Origin: Amoebophrya sp. A120
Taxonomy: Eukaryota > Protista > Dinoflagellata
Assembly: GCA_905178155.1 (NCBI GenBank)
Contig: CAJINV010000012.1
Coordinates: forward strand, 1,492,492-1,556,491
Length of the DNA: 64,000 bases
Direction of reading: 5' to 3'
Both the position numbers and the translations under genes were made by a program. Every line of letters begins with the position of its first letter. Position 1 is the first letter of the stretch. Shown here one piece after another: positions 1-12,531 of this stretch. The notes under the pieces are model-generated. The model was not told the origin of the DNA. It was given only the letters and a program-made list of their open reading frames with translations, and searched no databases.

Positions 1-960
1 TTTTTGGTGAAAAATACTTAAATTCGATCTAAACATTCATGGATAGCACCGACCTGGTGTAACTAATAATTTTGGCGACAACAAACAAGTAGGACGTGGT
101 GCAGATCAGCACTTGACGCAGGATTTGGATCTTTCAGGAAAGCGAAATATCATTGTCGTTGTTCAACTCTCTAACGCAAGGTGTACATTCACCCCTTGCT
201 CTGTCTTTCACCTCCTGCTTTGCGGTCACACAAGATCAGCAACCCTAAGAGAAGGACAGCGCTCCGTGCTGGTTTTTATCACCTTGAGGGTGGGACTGAA
301 AGGAGAGGTACAATATGGAGAGTGGCACATCTCCGTTTGCGTTGCACAGAGTTCTTCTTCTTTTCTCATTTCACGAGTGTTTTGATCGTGATTTTGGTTT
401 TCAAAAGACGTGAACAAAGCTATCTGTTTGCGAACAAGACTCGCCACCTCGTCTCTTCCTCGGAAGAAGACCCGGAGGTGGAGGTAGTACTTACTATGGA
501 AAACAAGATGTAGCGCTCCAGTTCCGAAGGTCAAAACCCGCCTGCGGAGCAGGGCAGCGCTGTTCCGGCCAGGGTACTACCGGAGCAGGGTCCGGTGGAT
601 TGCTTGTCTTTAATCCGCTGCCAGAACAAACGGCTAGTTCCAAAGCGCGAAGAACGCCATGAGCGACTGGTACAAAAACAAGCGGCGGCGGGCGGCCTTT
701 CAGAGTCTCCAAAACTCCTGGGCGAGTGTAAGCGGATGAAATGGCGGGTGTTTCGAGACTTCGTGTTGCGGAATTTTGCATGAGGAGCACAGTAGACATA
801 GGAGGTCTACTACACTAGTACCCTTCGTTGGTGTAAGTCGGGTCTAGCACCATTCAATCCTTGAGGACAAATCAACTAAGATCAATGATAGCACGACAAA
901 AAAGATCACGCGTTTCTCCCCTCTCCATACGAGCTCTTCTCCGGACCGCCGCGAGGAGCG

Positions 961-3098
961 TTGGGTTCTGACGGTCAGGAGGACCAAGAGGAGGAAGAGG
1001 ACGCCGGACAGCAGCAGCAAAACCCAGAACCGAATTCATCCACCCTGCTAAAGGATGAAAGTAGAACCGCCACAACTTCGGGTGCCGGTGCCACCGATCC
1101 GACAAGTAGAAACGCAGCAACAACTTCTAGTGCTGACACAACAACTACGGGCAAAAATCCTTCCGCGCAGGACATCATCAAAAAATTCGCGGTTGACAAA
1201 ACCCAACTCGACGGGGAGGACTCCGACGACGGGCTGGAGATATGAATCGCAAATATGACTGGGTCTTCTGGAAGACTGTAAGTTTGTCATGCTTGTCTGG
1301 CATGACTCGCAAATCTGTGTTTCCTAGGCACGAAAAGGCCTTCTTACCTGTTATGCAAAAACGCAGTTTGCCATGCCATGCGGAATACGTAACACATGGC
1401 AGCCAAAAAATTTGTCATGCGTAGCTGCGTATTGCAGTACGTCTTTCATTCACTTTTAGCATTACAAGTTTCCAGATATTTGCATTTGATAGGAGAACCT
1501 CCGCGACAAAACGCGACTTCGACCGGCGCAAACGTTTCTCGGGCGGTACAGCATCACGCGAGGGGTTTTGGTGATTGGGTTCACGCACTTGTTTTTCTGT
1601 GTGTTTTTCCTGTGCTCCATCAACAGTACGCACGCACTGAACGTGTTCGGGGTTTCAATCAACGAGAGCACGCAAGTGTGGTTCGGCGCCTGGTTCCTCC
1701 TGGGCATTCCGATCGTGATTGGCGGCGGGATAGGCGTGGTGTACCGGGTGGAATTCCAGTTGCGGCGCTACTACTACTACCTCGTGTTTAACACGAGTTT
1801 CATCGGGTTACACGTCCTCGGGGTGGTGTTCAGCGGACAGCTCTGTAACGCGACGACGTCCCCGTATCTGCGGGAACTGGCGTCGACACTGGTGTGCGGG
1901 GTAAGGATTACTATATTTGTCATGCAAAATTCAGATGGACATGAGCTGCTTGTCATGCAGAATTCACATGACACTTCTGAAAAATCAAATTTACAGTCCA
2001 CCAACTTCCTCGCGCTGTTGTGGATCTTCATCGGAGCAGTGGTTTCGGCGTACTGTATATGCATTGCAAATATGTCTGGGTCTGGAAGAATTCGAATTTG
2101 TGATGCGGTGTCTACATCATGACAAAATCGGTCATGCATGGCTAGCAAAAGGCCCCAGTTCTTGTTTCCGAGAAAAGGGATTTGTCATGCGGATTAGGCA
2201 TTGGGATAGCAGCTCAATCTGTGACGCTAGAGCTTGCATGCCAGGCGATTCTGGAACAGGCAAAAAATGCATGACAGATCTCGCATGCTTCCAGACCCAG
2301 ACATATTTGCAGTTGATACTGTACCTGGATTGTGTGGTATGAGAATGGGCAAGGTCTTCGTCTAGACCAGAAGCAGCAGCGAAGTAGTAGAGTTTGCATT
2401 TGATAAAGCAGGATTTCATGCCAGTCTGCATGTGCATTTCGAGGTCACTACTGAAGCTGTCATGCATAAACAGCATCTGATGTTGTGTTGAGTTCAGCGT
2501 ACAGGCTTGTGCAGCATGACATCAAATCACAAGCACTGCTGCCTCTCGTGACTCTCATCCTACCCTCCATACCCCGTCTGCCGCGGAGGAGGTTCAAATG
2601 GCGTTTTTTCCGGAATTGGAGGCCCACCTGTTGAAACTAGAAGCGGAACGGAAGAAAGGGTACGACACTATGCCGAATCTTGGATCGGTTACGAAGATGA
2701 GGAAAATTTTGAGTCTACTGAGAGGACAATGTTGGCCTGATGGTGGAGGAATTGTTGTCATGCGTTTCGTCATCTCCTTTTATTCTGCAATGAGCACTAC
2801 GCTGCGCATGCAAATTTCCTTCCTCTGTTGCTTCGTGTTCGGATCCTGCTACACACCTAGTACACTCTGATCTTCGTCACAGACTCACAATTTTCCCTGC
2901 AGACCCCCCCTGACGTCGCAAGCAGCCGCGGAGAACTCTTTCCGGCGGAAGATGGAGAAACTGAACAAGATGCAAATTAAAAGCAGCAATTCGTCCGGGA
3001 ATGTGGACAGTGGGGAGTTGGTGGACCATGGGAAGGTTGCGGAGTTGATCGATGAAGAGTCGGAATTCGGAGAGTTTGCGGTGGTGCAGGAGGTGTGA
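961..3098 (+). CDS. Hypothetical multi-pass membrane protein, multi-exon (true start and 3' exons uncertain)
   Basis: Removing introner 1241-1491 plus one GGAGA joins ORF 961-1245 in frame to ORF 1568 (LENLRDKTRLRPAQTFLGRYSITRGVLVIGF...). GT-AG intron 1901-1996, then introner 2058-2318. Four hydrophobic segments. Candidate stop TGA 3096-3098. Confidence 0.55.
1241..1491. mobile_element. Introner family A (non-canonical TIR intron)
   Basis: TATGAATCGCAAATATG...ATATTTGCATTTGATA, 5-bp direct repeat (DR) GGAGA on both sides; frame restored on removal. Confidence 0.9.
2058..2318. mobile_element. Introner family A
   Basis: TATGCATTGCAAATATGTCTGGGTCTGGAA...TTCCAGACCCAGACATATTTGCAGTTGATA, DR CTGTA. 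Confidence 0.92.
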
Positions 3099-3635
3099 TG
3101 GGGGTGGGGTTATTCTTTCACCGTTTCAGTGTGGGCACTCGCAGGCGCCGTCTTTCTTGACATTTATTTCTAAGTGCTTGTCTAGCGTTTCTTCGCAAGT
3201 AGAAGTATTGGCAAGGTTAGTTTTTTCTTTTCGTAGCATCTAGGAGAGCGGGAAGCTTCATTGACCGCCTTTTTTCCGGTACTTGGGTTTGTTGTACTGT
3301 TTCTAACTCAGACAGACTCTGTCGAGACCATCGACTGGCACCTTCAGACGGACAAGGTCCCGCAAGAAGAAACTTCATGTCAAATTTTTCCCCATTGACC
3401 TTAGCGCATACCATTTTGAGCGCAGTGTTTCCGAGGCAACACATGCTCACCTTGCTCTTCTTTGAATGTCATACAGAGAAGGAGCCTCGAGAGACGATAA
3501 TTTTTTTGTCGAACTGGAGCAGCGGAATCACCACTCCTAGTTTGATGAGCAAGGCTCCTGTTTGTGTGTGAAAATCGGAGCGAAAACAAGCTGAATGAAA
3601 GTCAAATCTTGAAAATTCTTTTCTGCAACTGCAAT

Positions 3636-6600
3636 GAAAGTCAAATCTTGAGCATCCGGAACATCTTCAAGCAGGTCGGAAAAAGAACGCTGAAATTCAA
3701 ACACGAGAGGAAAACGAAGAAGAAGAAGAAACCCAACAACGAACAGACGATGGACAAGAAAGAAGTAGACGAAAAGAACCACGCAGAGGAGAAGGCCGCC
3801 CAAGGCGGAACGAACGACGACGAGCAGGGGGAGTTGAACTCTTCCCCGCCCGACATAGACTGGGAAGGAATAATAAAGAGGAAGGGAAAAAGTAAATGGA
3901 GCACCGGCTTCCCCAAGATGATGGCGAAGAGCGACGCCGCCACACGGATCAAGTGCCTGAAGCGGGCGACAGGAATCGAGGCCAAAGACCTCGACGAAGC
4001 AAGCAAGGAGCTGAAGGCGCGAAAGGTCAACATGCCGCCGCTGGAAGACGAATGCACGCGCGCGCCGGCGGAAATTTGTAGGATAATAAAAAACTTTTTC
4101 AGGGAGAAGCCTTTCAAAGTCTATGAAGAGTTTGCAACAGGACCCAGCTCCAAGGACGAAGTCGCGCAGGCATGGGAGAAGGCGGAGGCGGACTACCGAT
4201 CAGCACAAGCGGAAGCACCGGAAGAAGGCGGGGCAACGTGGCCGCTTTCGTATCAAGAAGTAGAGGCGGCAATAAGAAAGCTAGAGCCGGGCCGTACGCC
4301 AGGTTTTTGCATGACAACGCACGAAATGACTAGGCATGCAGGGCCCAAGATGAGATGGGCGATTTTTCAATGCATGGCAGCGTACGTGAAAGAAGGCACA
4401 TATCCGAAGATGGGGCGACTCATCTCGATGGCAGCAGTGCCAAAAGTATCCGGAGGTTGTTATGTGGAGTCTTTGATGCGGCCGGTGAGCCTATGTTCGG
4501 TTTTCAGTAAACTCCTTGACAACGTGCTCGACAGGCGTCAGTCCCTCTTCCTCGACGGCTGGAAATGGGAAGGGGCGACCCTACTAGGAAGAAGCAAAAC
4601 AATCCAGCCCGAGTTTTCCAACGCGTACAGACAGTCACATGGAAAGGAGTTTTCGACGGTAGTTATCGTAGACGGAATTTACCGACAAGCACGCTGCTCA
4701 GTGATTTTGAATGATTGCTGCTCAGGATTCGATATCGTCTGTCATGTCGAAGCGCTCGGACAGCTAGAGTTCAAGTTATGCCCACCGCAGCAGAGAGCAT
4801 CAGTAGCCGGCTTTTTAAAAATGAGGAAGATAAAACTACCGGGCGGAAGAGAGTACAGCCTGTGGGTCGGAAAACCACAGGGGTCGCCGCTGAGCGGATC
4901 GGTTTGGAACGGATACACAATAGCACTAATAATAGATCTGGTGGCGCTGGACGTAGTGAAGGCGTTGAGCGCGTACTCAGATGACATTACAGTAGTAGTA
5001 GTGGAGAACGAGGAGTCCGAGAACATCCCGGAGAAAATGAAAAGCATGGGACTGAAAAGAAAAATCTTCTTCGACGCAAACAAGCACAAGCGAATTACCT
5101 TCAACGCGAAGCGGCCCCGAACAAAATCAAGTACGGGGGTTGGGAAGAGTCTCGGAGTAACGTACGACGGGACGTACTCTTTCAACTCCCAGGCAGAGCA
5201 GGTTTTGAAAAAAGTCGGAAAGGAGTTTGCATTTTTACAAACCGAAAAAGGTTGGAGCAAGAAACAAAACAAGATGCTCATCGAATCTTTTGCATACCCA
5301 GCAGTGACATCGGTTTCCGTAGTGACATTTCCGTATTTCACACAGACAGCAAAGAAGGAAATCGCGAAAGAGTTTGCAACAAAAATAAAACAGAAGCTAG
5401 GCATTCCAAAGCACTGCAGCAATTCGGTCATGTACAATGCCACAGGGCTGCCGCACCCGGTGGACAGTCTGCTAGTAGAGGCATTAATGACTTTCTACAA
5501 GGGGGCCGCGCTCGGAATCTGGCCCTTCCACCAGGAGGAGGAAGAGGTGCCCGATTTCAGGCCAAGCAAAGAAGTAGAGAGTGCAGCAGGCACTCAGCCC
5601 CGCCCCCCTTCACAGGTACAGGCCCCGCCGGTAGCTGCCTCGCAGTCGTCCGGTGCGGCTTCGCAGAACGCAGCAGGAGATGGCGACGACTTCCCCCCCG
5701 ACGACATCCCGAGCGCAGAGCGAATCTCCTCGCTCCGCGACCCCGTAGCAGCAACAGTACTAAAAGACAATCCGCTATGGGCGCATTGCGACGAAGCATG
5801 GACGAATCGAATGAACAGAATAGCACTAAATCAAGAATTTCAACCAATAGCGGCAAGCGCGGCTAGCCTGCAGGTAGGCAGGCAGTTCTGGAAGGGGGTG
5901 AACAAGATCCACGTCTTCCCAATGAGTAAAATAGCAAGTAGATTCCGTCTTCGTGACCCTGCCGAAATCAAGAAGCACAAACTGAAAAACAACACGCGGC
6001 GAATGATCTCGCGTTTGATAGAGAAGGAAGCCCGGCGACACCTGACTAGAGCCGACACGATGGCCACCTTCACCGACGGAGGGGCGAAAGGCGACAGAGG
6101 AAGCGGTGGAGGAGCAACCTGGCACAAGGTTCTCCCGACGGCGCCACGGCCCGCGCCAGTAGTGGCCAGCTTCTGCGGAGTGGAGTCGAAGATCCACTTC
6201 GAACTAGAGATAAACCCGGATTCTTTCGACGGCGAGTGCTTCGGTTTGATGCATCAGATCAACGAAATACTAGAAAAAATACCAGCAGCAATACTAAAAT
6301 CAATAAGAAGACACGTCTTCTACATCGATTCCAACGGACTGGTGATGGCGATAGAAGCACTGCGCGACAAATCCAACGCCATGGTGATTGACATCGTGAA
6401 GGCCCTGGAACGTCTTGAACAAGCATCGGCTCCGGGGGTTGAGATCGTCTTCAACTGGTGCCCGTCGCACTTAGGGTGCTATTTTAACGACTTTGCAGAC
6501 GCAACGGCAACAAGAGGCCTGAAGCACGTAGGAGACTCGTCACAGGGACGTAAAACCTTTGAAAAAGTCATCACCGAAAAGCTTCTGCGGAAGATAGTCA

Positions 6601-8368
6601 GTCAGATAGTGTACAGCTGCCCAAGGGGGTACAGCAGCACCCACCCCGCCTTACTACGCAGGTCCGAAGAGCTAGGGCAGTACCAAAGTCACGAAAAACG
6701 CCCTCGCTTCATAGATAGCGTAATGTTTCTAGTATGGTTAGGGGTGGGAAACCAGGGGCAGCTTGGCATGGGAAAGACTGTACACGACGCCAGGAACCCT
6801 TCAAGCAGTTACATGAGTTGTCCGATCTGCGCGAAAAAAGTGACCCCAAGCACTGACCACGTTTTGTATGAGTGCGAAGATGTGCATTTAGTGCAATTGC
6901 GAAAAGAACATCTAGGCTGGCCACGACAAAAGTCGTGCGAATCTCGCATAAGTTATTTAAAAGAGCCGAAAAACGTGAAGAACGTTCTCAACTACTACGA
7001 AGCCGCCTCGAGACAGTACGCGGGAATTCTTCCCACGGGGCTAGCGAACGCGATACGGGCGGGGCAGGAGAAGTTCAACGCGGCGGAGTTCCAGGAGGTC
7101 TTGGAGTGGCAACCCGAAAAAGCACAGACGAAAGTGCACGAGCGAGACCTAGAAAAAATTGCGAAGTGGATCGGCGATCTGTAGCTCGACAGCGACAGCA
7201 GCATGAGAAACAGCAGAAAAAGCGGCACCGTGCAGCTTCTTCCCTTCTGTTGATTGGCGCGGCGCCAAACACCAGACGAAAAAACCACAGCCCCGACCAC
7301 CCCCAGAGCCTGTCTTCACAAGCGCAATTTTGCCACCGAGCCAAACCGCAGGGCAGCACCACGAGGCGCTGCAGAAATCCCCACCCTCCCCCCCACAGTC
7401 TGGCCATGGTGGCAAGAGATACCTCAGGCGGCAGGGCAAGTGTGGGGCGTTAGTGCGGGAGGAGCGGAACCACACACAGTGCGTCCCCTGGGCTCTCCGG
7501 AGCCGGAAGTCGGGCACCGTGGGTGCGCCAAGTGGGAGGTGGGGATAAAGGAGCAGCACCAGGAAGATCGGGGGAAAAGTGAGAAGATGTCGAGGCGTGT
7601 GTTGAGGCTGAAATTTAGCTACAGGCACCGAGCTGCAGTGCATAGTTAAGAAGGACGAAGAACGCGAAGACTGTCCCTACTGAGCTCGATCGCGAGCGCA
7701 AAGCGCGGAGGGCATCAGAGGAGAACAGTATACATAAAACGCAGCTGTCGCTCACCCGCTAAGCCCTTCCTAGAGCAACGAGCTTAGATAGAAGTACTTA
7801 GATAAAAGTGCCACGAAAGTATACAAAAAGCTCAAGACGTCTAAGCCCATAAGGCTTACGCGCTAAAATAGCCGCGTCGAGCCGTCGCAGGGGATCCGCT
7901 CGGCTTACGATGGCTAGTCTGAGGAGGGGTCTTCCTTAGTTCGGTTCGCCAGCAGGTAGCGTGGAAGAGCACCTGCGGGGACCTGTCGCCTTTTGTTCAG
8001 CTTTTCAGGTTCATTCAAACAATAGCCCGCTTTAAGCCTAAGTCTTGATTTTTACGTGCGCGCCAAGAACGGCACGCTCAAGACAGCAGCGGTGCTACAA
8101 GGCCACAGGTAAACCATCCCTACGCCTTCCGGTTTGACCTTGACGAACTGACTACCAAAACTGTCCCGGATTCACCCACGAAAGCCTTCGACGAGGGTAA
8201 CGCCACCGCATAGTCCGCGGGTAGATCAGACGGACCACAGAAAGGCGCTGCGAGGTGGAAACGACATCACGATAGCGGGAGAGCGGATACAAGGCCTTCG
8301 TTCTACTGTGTGGTGTGCGTTGTTTACTAGTCCTGTCTAGCTTGCTATATAGGTTATCTCTCTCTCTC
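3636..8368 (+). mobile_element. 5'-truncated non-LTR (LINE; I/ingi-like architecture) retrotransposon
   Basis: 19-bp target-site duplication (TSD) TCTTTTCTGCAACTGCAAT at 3617-3635 and 8369-8387; (TC)n 3' tail; RT-RNaseH-Cys/His ORF; ~1.2 kb 3' UTR. Confidence 0.88.
3652..7184 (+). CDS. Retrotransposon polyprotein: reverse transcriptase + RNase H + C-terminal Cys/His knuckle (open from the 5' junction)
   Basis: RT motifs MRPVSL, LNDCCSGFD, GKPQGSPLSG, AYSDD, KSLGV; RNase H FTDGG...E...YIDS...WCPSH...NDFAD; CPIC...HVLYEC. No endonuclease domain recognised. Confidence 0.9.
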
Positions 8369-8673
8369 TCTTTTCTGCAACTGCAATAAGAGGGGGTTGC
8401 AGTCTGTTCTGTGCCGATATCACTTTTACTGTTACTCTATTCATTGCGGCGCTGTTCATTGTTTGTATGATACTCAGTGACAAACAAGATCGCATCTCCA
8501 TTGTGAAAAATTTAAGTAGATAAATGAAGATGGAACGACCACCACCACGGCGACCGGAGGTGCGATGTCTTTTCTTAGGCAATCGAGGGACAATGTTCTT
8601 CGTGGTGAAGATAGAAGATGCCCGCAATTTTTCTCGCGGGACCTAAGGCGCAAGCGTCTGAAGTTCGCGGAGA

Positions 8674-11153
8674 ATGGGTTGCTTTTCTCGGTGGTGGCGC
8701 TGCATCGCCGTAGTCTCTCTGAGGCTAGTGCGGGTTCTTGCTGTAGAAGAAAAGCTGCAGAAGGAAAGCGGGGGTCCAAGTTCATCTCCAGAGGACGGAG
8801 GCGGGGTGCATCTTACTAAAGAGGAGGAGGAGTTGATGAAAATTGAAAGCCACTTCTGGTTGTTTTCCTTCGTCGATAAACATGGCAGAGAGCCGCATGA
8901 AGGACTAGCTGTTCATGCCTTCACAGCGGAAGCGAAGCTCGTGGATCCACAGGACGATGGGGGGCGTATTTTGGCGTTGATTGAGCAGCAGGAGAGAGAC
9001 CACAACATTCCAAAACCTGCACAGGACGAAGGTGGGCACAACTTTTCTCTCGGGCGTGTTCTAGTCGCTGCCATCGACGCGTACGAAAAATCCTTTCACC
9101 GGAAAGAAGGAGAAGCTGCGCCCGACGGTAGGTTGAAACAGGCTTACGACATGATCGTGGAAACAAGCGGGAGTGCCGGGAGCAAGTCCGTCAAATTCGC
9201 AGTACAAAAGCCGGACGTAAGCCGGATCATCCCCCTCAAGATAAGATCACCCCCCTCAAGTTTCCAAGATCACCCCCCTCAAGGGCGTCGGGTTTAGGTT
9301 TTAGGGCTTAGGGCTTAGGGTTTCGGCGGTGTCGTCTGGGCCAGCCGTCGCGACGGCGCCGTCGCGACGGCTGGCCCAGACGATTCCCTTTTGCCCCTTC
9401 CTGTTGCGGGTCGGAGGCACGCGCCGCCTCGTCGCCCTCGCCCCCCGCCCTGTGTTTCCCTCCCCGTTCCCCCCTTCGTTGGTTTGCCGTGCTCCCGCTC
9501 GGGGGGGCGCGCTCTTTGTGCCGCCTTTGCTGCCTCGGCGGGCGAGGCGCTAGGCGCTTCCGGGCCTCCTCGGGTGGCTGCCCGCCTGTCGCACATCTTG
9601 AGCCAGGAATCCTCTTGGAAGGCCTTCCAGCATGCAGATACCAACGCCGCCCCGCCCTGCCCCCGGTCTGCCTGCCGCCGGCCCGCCTGCCCTTGTCCCC
9701 CCCCCCGTAGCCTGGCTGCCTGCCCCCGGCCTCGCTCGTTGCCCCCTTGCTTCCTGCCCCCGGTCCACCCCCTGGCCCCCCTCACCCCCCCCCTGCATCT
9801 TGAGGGGGGTGATCCTTGGGGGGATGATCCTGCCGATGTCCACAAAAGCCGGAAGGCAGCCCCGAAAGCGCAAAGGAAGGTGAATTTACAGTAACAACCC
9901 AGGTTTGGTCGTACTTCAAGGGACTCGGAGTAACGGTGACCGAGAATGCCGACGGTAATAGTTTTTTGATTCTCGACATGTTTCTGGCGGAGCCAGGGAG
10001 TGACCCAGGGAAATTGAAAGTGATGGACAAAGCTAACGATTCCGAAAGAACAGTGGAACGAAAACTTTTTGTCGGCTATCTGAATGACAGGCTCTCGAAA
10101 GCAATGGTGAGAAAAGTGCACGGCGGATGGGATAGGTACAAGCACGAGGGTGAAGCAGTCACGATGGAATTTCAACGTCGCGCGATGGTCTCTCTATTAC
10201 GAGGCGAAGATCAAGGGCACGGACACGGTAAGGAGAAGCCGGGGACCGGCGGAGCAGGAGCTGGGCCGGAAAATCTCGCTTTCGTCGAAGAGGCGGAGCT
10301 GAGTGAATACGGCGCTGTAAAAGGCGAGGCATTCGATATCAAACAGCACGACGGCGCGTCTCCTGCCTCTTCCCCCGCCTCGTCCGCGCTTGAAACAGCC
10401 AAAGCAGCTCCGATGCCCACCTCGCCGGGGGCGGAAGTAGAGCGCCCAGCGACAACATCAGCATCCGCTACGTCCGCGCCGTCCTCGACGCGCACAAACG
10501 AAGCTGCAGGTATCCACGCGGAACAAGAAACAGTCGGATACAATCCGACCATCCGCAGTTCTACTCCAAGTTCTGCGGAAATGAAATTGCAGTCACCATT
10601 GCCGAATTTGCAAGCGAAAACCAGCATTGCTTCTCCGTTTTCGGAAGTGCTGCAAAGCTTCGTCTCCGCCATCTTCCAGAACCGCGTGAACCACAGCGAG
10701 GTCGTCTTGTACGTTACGTTCCTGCTCATCGTGGCGTTCTTCGTGTTTCTGTTGCGGAAAAAAATTGCTGCGACGCTTTGCCCGAAAAACGCAGCGAAGA
10801 TGAGGATCAAGCGAAGAAGCATCGGTGACGAGGGCGAAGAAATTTCCGGGAGTCTGGAGTTGGAGGATTCGATTTTGCAGGAAGAGGGAAAAGAATCAAA
10901 CGATGCCGGTTTTGGTGGCGAGGATGGTCGTGTTCAAGAGGAGGATTTAGAAGGTTCCGCCGCAAGGAAGAAGATTTTGGAGACATCAAAAACTTCTACC
11001 TCAACTTCCTACGGCTCGGTGGAAAGCACGGCTCGGAAATCTGTCGGGAGTGTGTTGTCTGCGAAATCGCGCGTCGGGAAGGAATGTGAGGGAGGCGGGG
11101 GAAACGCGTATAAATTTTCTATGAAGCGATTGATTTGCATCTGCTGTGCATGA
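8674..11153 (+). CDS. Hypothetical type I membrane-like protein interrupted by a TIR element/intron (3' end may continue by splicing toward 11598)
   Basis: ORF 8674 joins frame-3 ORF (open from 9828) if 9217-9848 (GTAAG...AAAG) is spliced. N-terminal hydrophobic stretch; TM VVLYVTFLLIVAFFVFLL. Confidence 0.55.
9291..9323 (+). repeat. Telomere-like (T/C)TTAGGG repeats inside the TIR element
   Basis: GGTTTAGGTTTTAGGGCTTAGGGCTTAGGGTTT. Confidence 0.7.
9332..9383. repeat. Perfect 52-bp palindrome
   Basis: TCGTCTGGGCCAGCCGTCGCGACGGC followed directly by its reverse complement. Confidence 0.95.
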
Positions 11154-12253
11154 ACTTCGTGCTGATGGTCGGTGGAACGCATGTCGTAGACGCAGCTTCG
11201 TATGGGTTCAAGACATCAGAGACAATCACAATTGAATCCGAAAAATCAGTGTGAAAGAAATGGTGCCCGAACATGGCGACTTCGGCGCGGGATTTTCCAC
11301 CGACAACAAGACAACCCCCAGCGGTCGAATTGTGGGGAAATGGATGAAATTCGGCCGAGGCGACGGCACGTCATCCACGGTCGCGGGGGACGAAACCATG
11401 AACAAAAGCCCGACGTTTGACGCGAAGGAACCGTTTTACGACGAGGAAAAGGCGGGGTCCTTACACGATTTTTCTACTTGTTCTTCCACTTCTGAGGAAA
11501 CAGAACCTGACGACCACAAGTCTTCATGCGTTCATATTGCCATATATGAGCATGTCAAAAATTGCTTCATCAAAAAAGGTTACCTTCCCCCGACCTGAGC
11601 GAGAGCGACTCAACAGAGAATTTGCAACTCGGTGGTGCGGCCGACAACCTGTCGGGCGACCATAACCTTCCGTTTTCCGCGGCCGATCTGGGTATGGAGG
11701 GGGAGACGCAGACTTCGTCGAATGGATTGGGATTTTTCAGGTAGAGACTACTTTTAACGGATCTGTTGTCAGAGACAATACATGCTGCTGTTGTCGATTT
11801 GTTGTTCGTGTGACGTCAGGAATGATCTAGTGAAATCACAGCTCTTGCTCTTTCTCCAATATCAGTGCGTCGTCCACGACAACGACCCGCCAAAACCAGT
11901 ACGGTTCGAACGGGGTCGAAGGGGATGACCAGCGAACGGAAACTGGCAAGCGGATTAACGGGTCTACCGCGAACGTCTGAGCGTGGAGCGGTTTTAGAAA
12001 AACCGAAATTCAATTTGGATTTGATTGTAGTGTAAGTAAGTATATTAATGCCTTTTTGAGATTTTCACTCTCAACTTTCATTTTTTTCGTTTACCTGATC
12101 AGATTGTTGTTGTACAAGTTTCGCATTGAATATAAATACAGGCTGAAAAACAAGCCAATGAATTTTGTTTCCGAGAAAGAACAAGGCCAGAAGTGTCTTT
12201 TGTAGTGAACATTAGGAAGCAAATAAAAATACCAATCGCTTACTCGCTCCTGA

Positions 12254-12531
12254 TATCAAATGCAAACACGTCTGGGCCAGGCAAATAACTGCGGAGTTTG
12301 TCATGCAGAGATTGCATGGTCCAGAAGGTCTGGAATGCGGAGCCTAGCATCACAGGTTCTGCGAGGGCTCTGCAATGCCTTCTCAGCAGGAGAAACCCTC
12401 TCTCAGTGTGGCCAAAAGTTGAAGTTTTTTCTGCTCGTGCATGACAGATTTTCGCGTGACTGGCAGAGAGCATCACAAGTTTGAAGCTTGCGCCTTTTGT
12501 TCTCCGGACCAAGACGTATTTGCATGCGATA
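12254..12531. mobile_element. Introner family A (diverged; host gene unclear)
   Basis: TATCAAATGCAAACACGTCTGGG...CCAAGACGTATTTGCATGCGATA, DR CCTGA. Confidence 0.85.

Larger units (their letters stand above)
9213..9841. mobile_element. Non-autonomous TIR DNA transposon with 9-bp TSD (Mutator-like signature)
   Basis: Imperfect 23-bp TIR GGACGTAAGCCGGATCATCCCCC / GGGGGATGATCCTGCCGATGTCC; TSD ACAAAAGCC at 9204-9212 and 9842-9850; subterminal GATCACCCCCCTCAAG repeats. Confidence 0.88.

Noticed and set aside
3564-3651. N-terminus of the 1206-aa ORF
   Set aside because: It is read-through from flanking DNA, the TSD and the junction duplication
3652-7184. Bacterial group II intron, retron or DGR reverse transcriptase
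   Set aside because: RNase H plus Cys/His knuckle, long TSD and simple-repeat tail are non-LTR hallmarks; no template/variable repeat pair seen
9291-9323. True chromosome end
   Set aside because: Only about four degenerate units, internal to a TSD-flanked element; the 43164-43175 TAGGGTTTAGGG is too short to call
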